Shown one piece after another: positions 55,417 to 64,000 of a stretch of DNA of 64,000 nt. The DNA lies in assembly GCA_000165345.1 (NCBI GenBank), contig CM000433.1:928001-992000 (forward strand). Direction: 5' to 3'. Positions within the stretch are counted from its first letter, which is position 1. Every line of letters starts with the position of its first letter. The notes beneath the pieces were generated by a model. The model saw nothing but the letters and a program-made list of their open reading frames with translations. It was not told the origin of the DNA and did no database searches. The translations under genes were made by a program, and so were the position numbers.

Positions 55417-55446
55417 AACATTTAAATGAAAGATACCTTCATATAA

Positions 55447-58400
55447 TTATCCCCTCTTCTTCAAAACCCAATAGTTCTCCTTACTAGTCACGTTATTTGA
55501 CTTATTTAATGTGCAAATCTGTTTTAAGATCTTCCTAAATAAGCCATGATTTGAATCAGGTATTAACTCCCCAAAACTACTCAATAAATCATCTGTACTT
55601 GTCCTTATCCCCAATCTCTCCCTCTTCATAAAATACTCCGTCAACCTTCTTCTTATCGTCTCCTCGTCCCATCCACCTGTATTATATCTATTACCATCCT
55701 CACTACCTTCCAAGGAATTGAACCCGCCTCCTCCCTGTATAACTCGTTGGCGCTTCAAATTACGCAAAATAAAGGAACTTGGCGCGCCCGCCTGACCGGA
55801 TTTACCGGTCCATGTGGGAACACTATAATCATAATTGCTTCTTTCAATTTCTGATTGTTTTATCAACTCAACCGAAGTTTTAATAATTTCATTTGTGGCT
55901 TCTGCCAGATCATCACTTAAATAACCACTGTACAAGTGTGTGCTTCTTTCAGTATGAGAATTTGCCGAGCAACTACTATTGTTTGAACTACCAATACTAT
56001 TAGAAACCAAGTTATCGTCATTATTGTCACCTAAAATACTCATTATAGCGTTATGCTCAGATTTAGCATCAAAAGTTATCTCTCCAAAAAGATTTAGTTC
56101 ATCATTTATTACTTCTTTCTTGCCTGAATTTTTTGATCTACGATTGTCAAAATCATCATATCCTCCCTTATCGTACATATCAAAGTCATCAAAATAGCTA
56201 GAGTGTGTATTTCCGTCTTTTCTTTGTCTTGTTTTTCCTCCCCAAATATTTTTAATATTTCTTATGTAATTAGAAACTAACTTTGGATCAGAAACGTAGT
56301 TCTTTGGTTTTCTGGGTTTCTTAACTAACTCGTTAAAATTTGTCCAATTTAAGCTTGATTGGCTTTTTGGATCTTTAAGTATTTGTTTTGCAATAAACTC
56401 TTTAAAAAGTTGTCTTTGGAAAATCTTCTCTTCTATTGTGTCTCTAGTGATTAGTCTATAAACTATTACTTCTTTCTTTTGTCCTATTCTCCAACATCTT
56501 TCTTTAGCTTGAACATCTGTCATAGGGTTCCACCAAGGATCATATAAAATTACTCTATTTGCTCCAGTAATATTTAAACCAACTCCTCCAACTCTAGATG
56601 TTAAAATAAATAAGAAAATAGATTGATTTTGATTAAATCTTTTTACTAATGAAAATCTTGTACTTAAAGGAGTCGAGCCATCTAAAGTTAAAACATCTTT
56701 ATTTGGTATCAACCCAAGATCTTTCTCTAAAAGAGCAGAAAGAAGCTTTAAAGTTCTTACTCCTTGAGTAAAAATAAGTACCCTGTGTTCTTTCTTATCT
56801 CTCCAAAGTTTCAATATTGACATTAATGCCTGATATTTTCCACTATCTCTTCCATTAACATTAATATTTCTTAAATATAAACTATTCTCATCTGAATTAT
56901 CATCAGATCTTCTATTTCTTAAAGTTCTATTCCAACTTAATTCAGTATTTAAGCCATTTTCGTCTTCTTGATCTTCATAAAAATCAAAATCTGAATCAAT
57001 TTCTCCATTTTTGTTTTGTCTTCTAACTAATTTTAATAGTTCTGGATGATTACATGCTTCTCTTAAAATATTTAATAAAGCAAAATACTTTGAAATCCCA
57101 TACATCTTGTTCTTAACTAATTGTTTAGCTTGTAGAAGATCCAAACAATTACAATAAACATCATATTGTACAGGAGTTAAATTACAAAACAATACATGTT
57201 CTGCTTGAGATGGTAACTTTAATATATCTTGTAGTTCATGTTTTCTCCTTCTTAATATGCATGCTTTAATAAGTTCTTGTAGAATTCGAGTGCAATTTAA
57301 AGCTCTCATAGTTTGAACTTTTGCAGCATTCCTCAATTCTGCTTGTTTAATAGGAAGTACAAATTGTTGTTCAAAAACAGGTAATGTCCCAAGTTTTCCT
57401 GGATAAACAAAATCAATAAGGCTCCATAACTCCTTTAAATCATTTTGTATTGGTGATCCAGATAATAAAAGCCTATTACAAGTACCTAATGATTTTACTG
57501 CTAAAGTAATTCCAGAATCAGGATTTCTAATTTTATGTCCTTCATCTAAAATTACATAAAACCAACTAATTTGTCTCAAAGTTTGTAAATTACGTCTTAA
57601 AGTTTCATAAGTTGTAATAACCAAAAGCTCAGTACTTACTTTCTCCACCTCTCTAAGTTGATCAAACATTGTTCTTCTTTCACTTTCACCTTTTCCATGA
57701 AACAAAATAATTCTTATTGGATAGTACCATTTATTAAATACTTCAATCCAATGAGAAATTAATGTAGCAGGAAGTACCAAAAGTACCATTTTACAGTTAT
57801 TTGTATCAAAACTGGATTCTTCGTATTCAACAGTACTTGATGTATTTAAGGATGATAAAGATTCATCTGGTAACTTTTTAATAAATTCTGTCTCAATTTT
57901 AATATTCGGTACCATATTCATACTAGAAAAATTTGATCTAGAAACTATTTCTGAATTTGGATTTAATTCTGATTTTAATTGAGATTTAATAAAGTTTGCT
58001 TCATCATCTAGAAAAGCTTCTTGGTTACGTTTAAATGTGATAAATAATGCTGCAATAAATGAAGTCACAGTAATAGACTTTCCTAATCCCATTTCATCTG
58101 CAAGTATTCCTCCATGGTTATTGCAATATAATCCCCACATCCAAAGTACTCCCTCTTTCTGATGTGGATATAAGGCATTCCAGATTTTGTCCCAAATGAA
58201 TAGCTGACTATTTTCTGACTCTCTTGAAATCTTAATGATCTTTAAACTATCTCTTTCACAATTTGTATGATAAGTGCTATCACTATTGGTATTACTACCT
58301 TCAAGACTTTCATTAATTTGGTTAATTCTGTTTCTGCTTTTCAAAACTCTAGATTTGTATCTTTCTAAGTCTAAGTCATCTTTTACTTCGAGACATTCAT

Positions 58401-58992
58401 CTACAAAGGTATCCATTTCAATAACATGTTCAGAAACAGGTTCAAGTTCAGATTCAGGTCTAGATTCTGAGATAGATTCAAGTCTAGATTCAGGCCTAGA
58501 GTCGTTTCCAAGATCATTTGCAGATGTATGAATTGATTCACCTTGATTGCTTGAAATATTCCCGTTACCTAATTCAGTTTTAGTAAGTTTGGATATAGAA
58601 GTTTCTTCTTCAAGTCCAGATAAAGTATCTTTATCTAGGAAAGAGCTTCCAAGCCTTTTGGAAGCTCTTTTCCTCTTTGATGGCTTATTTGATGTATTAA
58701 AATGGGATTTCATTTGTTCAAAAATATTGTTACTTACTTCGTTCGCATCTACCAAAGAAACTCCAAGATCTCTGAGTTCCTGAGCCTCTGAGTTATCAAA
58801 GTAAGTATCTAAAATATTTTGGTTTTCATAGAATGAGACAATTCCGTCATCTTGGATCCCCTCATCTTCCTTTTCCTGTTCTTTCTCATATCCTCCTTCC
58901 TCTTCTTCAAAATTACCCAATTCTGTTGAATTATTTCCATTTGTCGGGCTCTGATCAGCCTCTTTCTTAATATAAACTATAGATTCATCCAT
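55447..58992 (-). CDS. SNF2-family ATPase, ERCC6/Rad26 (CSB)-like.
   Basis: HQKEGVLWMWGLYCNNHGGILADEMGLGKS aligns with CSB [30 protein letters not shown]. Also present: DEGHKIRN, LLSGSPIQNDLKELWSLIDFVYPGKLGTLPVFEQQF, and helicase-C LTSRVGGVGLNITGANRVILYDPWWNP...QAKERCWRIGQ. Confidence 0.75.
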   Translation of the reverse strand: MDESIVYIKKEADQSPTNGNNSTELGNFEEEEGGYEKEQEKEDEGIQDDGIVSFYENQNILDTYFDNSEAQELRDLGVSLVDANEVSNNIFEQMKSHFNTSNKPSKRKRASKRLGSSFLDKDTLSGLEEETSISKLTKTELGNGNISSNQGESIHTSANDLGNDSRPESRLESISESRPESELEPVSEHVIEMDTFVDECLEVKDDLDLERYKSRVLKSRNRINQINESLEGSNTNSDSTYHTNCERDSLKIIKISRESENSQLFIWDKIWNALYPHQKEGVLWMWGLYCNNHGGILADEMGLGKSITVTSFIAALFITFKRNQEAFLDDEANFIKSQLKSELNPNSEIVSRSNFSSMNMVPNIKIETEFIKKLPDESLSSLNTSSTVEYEESSFDTNNCKMVLLVLPATLISHWIEVFNKWYYPIRIILFHGKGESERRTMFDQLREVEKVSTELLVITTYETLRRNLQTLRQISWFYVILDEGHKIRNPDSGITLAVKSLGTCNRLLLSGSPIQNDLKELWSLIDFVYPGKLGTLPVFEQQFVLPIKQAELRNAAKVQTMRALNCTRILQELIKACILRRRKHELQDILKLPSQAEHVLFCNLTPVQYDVYCNCLDLLQAKQLVKNKMYGISKYFALLNILREACNHPELLKLVRRQNKNGEIDSDFDFYEDQEDENGLNTELSWNRTLRNRRSDDNSDENSLYLRNINVNGRDSGKYQALMSILKLWRDKKEHRVLIFTQGVRTLKLLSALLEKDLGLIPNKDVLTLDGSTPLSTRFSLVKRFNQNQSIFLFILTSRVGGVGLNITGANRVILYDPWWNPMTDVQAKERCWRIGQKKEVIVYRLITRDTIEEKIFQRQLFKEFIAKQILKDPKSQSSLNWTNFNELVKKPRKPKNYVSDPKLVSNYIRNIKNIWGGKTRQRKDGNTHSSYFDDFDMYDKGGYDDFDNRRSKNSGKKEVINDELNLFGEITFDAKSEHNAIMSILGDNNDDNLVSNSIGSSNNSSCSANSHTERSTHLYSGYLSDDLAEATNEIIKTSVELIKQSEIERSNYDYSVPTWTGKSGQAGAPSSFILRNLKRQRVIQGGGGFNSLEGSEDGNRYNTGGWDEETIRRRLTEYFMKRERLGIRTSTDDLLSSFGELIPDSNHGLFRKILKQICTLNKSNNVTSKENYWVLKKRG

Positions 58993-59857
58993 AAAATATA
59001 AAAGAATTAAGTAAACCTAGAACTATATTAGAAATTATGACGCTTATATTGCATATATTAGCTTTAATTGTCCTAAACTCTCGGAAATTCTTCTCTTTCT
59101 TCCACCAAGAATCAACTCAAATATCTCTTATATACCTTAAATTAGTTCATTAATTAGTAAAGTTATTTAATTCTCTACTCGTAATAGATACCTTAATAGA
59201 TTTCTGACAACTCCTGCAATTCAACACACCTATAATATTTATCTTGTTTTACCGCCTAAATGGAAAAGTCAATCAAATAAATCATTACATGCAGGCAGAG
59301 AAAAAAAGAAAATCTATTCTAAAAAAACCTACCAGTTGGATTTGTACAAAATAACAATTTAATGAAATTGGTTATATTAGCTTAAATTTGTTTTTGGCCT
59401 TTTTTTCTCTCTATTTTTAACATTCAATTTATAAATAATCCAAATTTCCCGCCAAAACACTAGTGGCAATTAAATATTTTATAAGGCATGAATAAATAAT
59501 AGCAATTAAAAATATATTTGTATATTTATTGCATATAAAAAGATTTAAAAAAAAATCTGATTTAAAAATAATTTCAGATAGGAAAATTATATTAGTAAGA
59601 AAAGTTAAAGGTATAAATTGCAAGATTGAAGTTAAGTTTTTATGTAAATTCAACGATAGAGAAAAAATTAAGTGCACATAGAAACCAATAGTTGGATTGT
59701 GGGAGTCTCTAATGATTAAATATATATATCAAAAAGGGCCCAGAAAAAGTAATATTTGCACGTGTGTGCTCCATAAATTCTTCCTCAATATAAAGCAGAA
59801 TTAATTACTACACGGATTAGACTTAAGAAAACGATTTTTAAATTTGAATCTTAAAAC

Positions 59858-61942
59858 ATGCCAATAGGACATTACAATAGTAATAAAATAGTAGATAAAG
59901 TACTAGAGTCAGAACTAACTAATCCAAGATTACTAGCTTGGTCTGTAATAATTAAAGATGGGCAACCAGTTTATAATAATGATATTTTAAGGGTTAGCGA
60001 TAAAATAACAGCTCTTGAACAGAATTCTCTAAACTCAAATAGTTCTTTAGAGAATTCAAAACATTTTCTTTCTCCAAGAAGTAAGGAAATACGGTCTAAA
60101 AAGGAGGAAAGCAACTTTTCTAAGACTGATGTTGGTAATTTTTTATGTAAAACAGTGAATGAAGAAAGTGGAGTAAATGAAATAAATTGCAATATAGTTA
60201 AAAAAGATTTCAGTATATGGAGATGTTTATATTGGCCACAAATTGCAATAAATCCAATATATTCTGGTGGATATGGTAAGATGAGAATAGCTCTATGCTT
60301 GAATAAGATAATAACATCATTACAAGAAAAAAATCAGAATCGTGGATCGTTTGGAAGAGTAAATCAAGAAAAAGAAGAGCATATCGAATTATTGCCATAT
60401 GTAAGAATTTTATATAATAAAGAACTTTTATTTCAGTCTTGTATTGTGAAAAAGAACATTTGTATAATTCTTGAGATAGAAGTCCACCATCCACTAAGCA
60501 GAATTATTATTGAAATCTACGACTTAGATGATTCAGATCCATCTTTAATCAACAATAATGATGATATGATCGGTTATATAATAATACCAGTAGGAGCACA
60601 TTCAAATAGAAAACCACTTGAGAGCAGATTAATAATAGCTTCGGATGATGATGCTAGGATATTATATATTAGAAAGTCCCAACAAAAAAAAGTTCATAAT
60701 GAAAATTTAATGGCTCAGAAATTACTTAGATTTCCAATAAAAAGCTGTGAAAGGCAATTGAATAAGAATGAACCAGAACAAGATAGATTTAGTGAATTTA
60801 AGGATGAAGAGGATATGTTAGGAGATGATCCAGTAAGAAATTTTAGTAAAGAAAGTCTGGATGGGCATATTATGAATGAATTACCAAATAGTATATATTT
60901 TGAGCTGGCAAATCAGATGGTCAAAGATGCTATCGAATTTAGCCATAGTGCTGAAATAAAGTATAAATCAATTGGAATACTTCAAGAGCCTCATTGTAGC
61001 TTTGTAATTCAGGTTTTCTCAGAAATTAAATGGTCAAGACTTTCGATTATTCCACGCGAGATTATTGCTCTTTATCTTCCGGAACCTGAAGCTGGGCAAA
61101 ACTTTAAATATAATAACAATAGTAAGAATTATAGCTTATACGATAAAAAAATGAATGATATTAATCTTGAAATTAATATAAAGGCGATAATTAACTCAAT
61201 GATATTATTAAAAGAAATATATGATTCTGAATGTGTCTTTCCATACAAAGAATATATTTGGAAGCTTTTGAATTGGGAATCACAATTGCACTCTTTGTTT
61301 GCTTTAAGTATTATATGGTATTTATCATTTAATCCCAAATATATTTTCTCGTTTGTATTTTTACTTGGACTAATAATATTATTCATAAGTTTTGATAAAA
61401 GGAATCTTGCTTTAAATTTAGAAAGTTCAGTTTCCAAAAATTTAAAAACTTTAAATTCTTTAGGAAATGATGATGAATTATTAGAAGATAATGTTTTATG
61501 CTCTCCAATTAAAAATAATAACCACATAAAACTTCAATCTTTAAGTCCCAATTCAATAATTATTGACAGCTATGAAGCAAAGAAGTCAGTAGAAAGTGTT
61601 GACTTTATAATTTTGGAGAATCTTTTAAAATCACAAATTTTTTCACCAAAAACTATTAAATATATCAACAAATTGTCTTATATACTTGAGAAATCAGCGA
61701 TATTTATTCATGAAATGATTAAACTCCACTTTTGGAATAATTCTTTTAAAAGTTTAGTATTAACTTGCGTATATTCAGTACTTCTTCTTATATCATTAAC
61801 ATACTCGAATGAATTCTGCAAATATATGCAGTATTTTTTTCTGATAATAATTCTTCTTCCATCAACATATTTCCTTCCTCAAATTAAAGGAATAATAAGA
61901 ATTATCAAATCATATAAGAAATTTAAGAGATTGAAAAGATGA
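59858..61942 (+). CDS. Membrane protein with a possible C2-like domain and two C-terminal TM segments (MCTP-like topology). Unknown.
   Basis: IILEIEVHHPLSRIIIEIYDLDDSDPSLINNNDDMIGYIIIPVG is C2-like. The C-terminal hydrophobic pair resembles a PRT_C-type anchor. Low-confidence family call. Confidence 0.45.
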   Translation: MPIGHYNSNKIVDKVLESELTNPRLLAWSVIIKDGQPVYNNDILRVSDKITALEQNSLNSNSSLENSKHFLSPRSKEIRSKKEESNFSKTDVGNFLCKTVNEESGVNEINCNIVKKDFSIWRCLYWPQIAINPIYSGGYGKMRIALCLNKIITSLQEKNQNRGSFGRVNQEKEEHIELLPYVRILYNKELLFQSCIVKKNICIILEIEVHHPLSRIIIEIYDLDDSDPSLINNNDDMIGYIIIPVGAHSNRKPLESRLIIASDDDARILYIRKSQQKKVHNENLMAQKLLRFPIKSCERQLNKNEPEQDRFSEFKDEEDMLGDDPVRNFSKESLDGHIMNELPNSIYFELANQMVKDAIEFSHSAEIKYKSIGILQEPHCSFVIQVFSEIKWSRLSIIPREIIALYLPEPEAGQNFKYNNNSKNYSLYDKKMNDINLEINIKAIINSMILLKEIYDSECVFPYKEYIWKLLNWESQLHSLFALSIIWYLSFNPKYIFSFVFLLGLIILFISFDKRNLALNLESSVSKNLKTLNSLGNDDELLEDNVLCSPIKNNNHIKLQSLSPNSIIIDSYEAKKSVESVDFIILENLLKSQIFSPKTIKYINKLSYILEKSAIFIHEMIKLHFWNNSFKSLVLTCVYSVLLLISLTYSNEFCKYMQYFFLIIILLPSTYFLPQIKGIIRIIKSYKKFKRLKR

Positions 61943-61983
61943 TTTAGGAAGGAAAAACTTTCCACCCCCCCTAAGCTTAAGTT

Positions 61984-63848
61984 CTATATGAATCTGAAGT
62001 ATGGTATATATTCAATAGAGTTTGCCATTTCAATCCTTTCACTGCTAGGATTTTCTGATAAATATTCACCTTGAGTTGATTTTGGAGTCGTTATAATCTT
62101 TTGTACTAAAAATAATAACATTTCGTGAATAAAAAAAATTGCAATAATTATCCAAAAAAATTGATCAATATTTATCTCACTTTTTTCTCCATTTATATTT
62201 GATACTATATTTTTTGCCACGTCATTTTTCCAAACATAATTTTTTATTGCATGCAAATATGTGGGCACATTAAAATTACCGGTATTTGCATGCAACCATT
62301 GCATATCATCACTATTTGCGTTGAAAGGAATAATGATAATAATAAGTATAGAAATAAGAAATTCCATAGATCTAAGTGAAAGCAAGGAGCATGTAATACA
62401 AACGTTATGTTTAATTCTGTTTTGAGACGTTAATAATAAGGGAAGAACTCCAAATATGTTAATAAAAAGTCCAATAATTAAATTAGTTATTGGAGAATTG
62501 TGGAATGAAAAACACATACCCATAAAAATTAATTGTAAAGTTGTTGTAATTAAAAAATTCCATGGCCAAAAAGACATTTGAATTAGTAAATATATTATTG
62601 AAAATTTTAAGAGAATGTCTAGAAATTGATACATTATCAATAAAAATGAATATATAAATACTAGTCTATATATTGACCATTTTGATTTTTCTGATAATTT
62701 TATTGGTATTACTCTTGGAGCTATAACATACTTATTGTAATATATATCTGAGTTATTCACTGAAAAAAATAATTCGTTTCTGAGATTTAATTCATTTAAA
62801 TCTTCATTATTTGTTAAATTAACAAATTGAAGATTTTTTAATAAAGAAGTACTTGATACAAAGTACTTCAACCAGGAAATACTTAAAGGATTAATTGCAT
62901 TCTCAAGTAATAACTGTTCATCTCTAATTAAATCATTCAATATTTGAGAATTATTACCAATATCTTGTCTACTTTCTCTAATTAATGATGTAATATTAAG
63001 GTTTCTTCCATTCATAAAGGATTCATCCTGGATATGTGGCCCTATTTCTTCATTAGATACTACCCTTTTAAGCTCATGGCAATAAAATATATCCATTATA
63101 ACATCAAATATTGATAAATAAGTTAAATGAACCATTGAAATTACAAATCCTGTAAAACATAACTTGACTAAATCTTCAAAATACCATTTTTCTAAATCAT
63201 TGGGACCAACGTTTATACTACCCATACTTAAGCCTATTAAATTAGTAAATGCAAAACTTTCATATCCCATTATCATTATATCTAAAAATACAAATATTAA
63301 AGGTACAGTTTTTAATATAGAAGTAGCTAATCTTTTTTCATTAAATAAATTTTCATATTGATTTAATTCTGAACAATTGAAATAATTATTAAGGATTTTG
63401 TAGAATTGTCTCATGCCTTTTATTACATTTCCAAATCCTATGTCAATAAAAACTAACAAGCCGTTAATAACATTCTTTTCATAAAATCTTGAAATTGAAT
63501 TATAGATAGATGGTGAATAAATAATAAAGATTACAACCACAAAAAGAGACCAATAATTACTAAAATTTATTCATTTTGAGGTCATTAATAGTCAATTAAA
63601 AGATGAAGTTCCAACTTACTATAAGTATAATTTGGTTAATAAAAAAATTTCAAAAATGAAAGAAATCAAGGTTAATAAAACAGAAGTTGTTTCTCTAAAA
63701 GAGTTTCAAATATAAAAAGTTGACTGATTGTCCATTATTTTGGGCAATTTCTTTTTTTTATTTCCCCACAGTTTGCTTACCTTATTAATAGTAAAAAATT
63801 CCTATTTTCAGAAATTTCTGGATATATACAAATCTGATTGTAGTTCAT
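61984..63848 (-). CDS. Multi-pass membrane protein of unknown family. Proposed model: join(63781..63848, 61984..63559) with a 221-nt intron at 63560..63780. The main exon 61984..63559 is robust.
   Basis: The track ORF starts at a GTG with an in-frame TGA just upstream. An upstream exon ATGAACTAC...TTAATAAG|GTAAGC plus the acceptor AATTTTAG|T restores the frame (phase 2+1) and gives an ATG start (MNYNQICIYPEISENRNFLLLIS|NYWSLF...). The intron is unusually long for this genome. Confidence 0.45.
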
Positions 63849-64000
63849 GATTTCAAGTTTATTTCATGTTCTATATCGCCATATTATCTTTAATTCAAGC
63901 AAATAATTTGAAAAAAAAAATTATATTTTATATTCAGAAATTGCATTTCTGCATACATGAATTTTTATTATTAGTGCAACGTTGATAAAATTAAAAAAAA

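Noticed and set aside
1-64000. Prokaryotic-style features: CRISPR arrays, defence islands, operons, IS elements.
   Set aside because: The sequence is eukaryotic: spliceosomal introns, snRNA, one gene per promoter, 30% GC. No direct-repeat/spacer arrays, transposase, integrase or LTR signatures were seen.
1-64000. tRNA or rRNA genes.
   Set aside because: Apart from the GC island at 5681-6093, there are no roughly 72-nt GC-rich blocks with T-loop GTTCRA motifs. The GC-rich stretch at 55730-55830 is in-frame coding sequence of the SNF2 gene.

Overview
The window is AT-rich (roughly 30% GC), gene-dense eukaryotic nuclear DNA. Nothing in it is prokaryotic: there are no CRISPR arrays, operons, transposases or rRNA/tRNA genes. 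Gene content and the repeated intergenic motifs TTTGGCGCCAAA / GGCGGGAA (E2F-like) and GCATGCA point to an apicomplexan, most consistent with Cryptosporidium. The motifs were seen in the sequence; linking them to Cryptosporidium rests on established knowledge. The genes include an alveolin with EKIVEVP repeats, an ApiAP2 factor, and very short GTAAGT...TAG introns in tiny intergenic spacers. Single N bases and X residues indicate a draft assembly. I can support about 28 protein-coding genes, one every 2.2 kb or so, on both strands. Most are single-exon, but at least 5 carry short introns (59-123 nt) that I reconstructed by hand. The provided ORF track uses TTG/GTG as pseudo-starts, so several of its M starts are artefacts that mark missing upstream exons or internal ATG starts. 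Recognisable products are: U1-C, a PP2A-type catalytic subunit, an alveolin, a DHX37/Dhr1-like DEAH helicase, an EF-hand protein, Get1/WRB, a myristoylation-motif PP2C, GINS Psf1-like, a START-like protein, Vps45, TFIIA-gamma, proteasome beta5, a HAD-like hydrolase, a TMEM8/PGAP6-like EGF+7TM protein, ApiAP2, a UTP18-like WD40 protein and an ERCC6/Rad26-like SNF2 ATPase. Several secreted or membrane proteins have no recognisable family. The one clear non-coding gene is a U2 snRNA on the minus strand (about 5880-6093). It sits in a roughly 420-bp GC-rich island whose remaining 200 nt (5681-5884) I cannot assign; that block is the most unusual thing here. I found no evidence of a novel multi-gene system. 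The noteworthy points are the unassigned GC-rich RNA-like block, the dense E2F-like/GCATGC promoter grammar including paired palindromic sites, a PP2A C-terminus ending YFT instead of YFL, and gene-model corrections.
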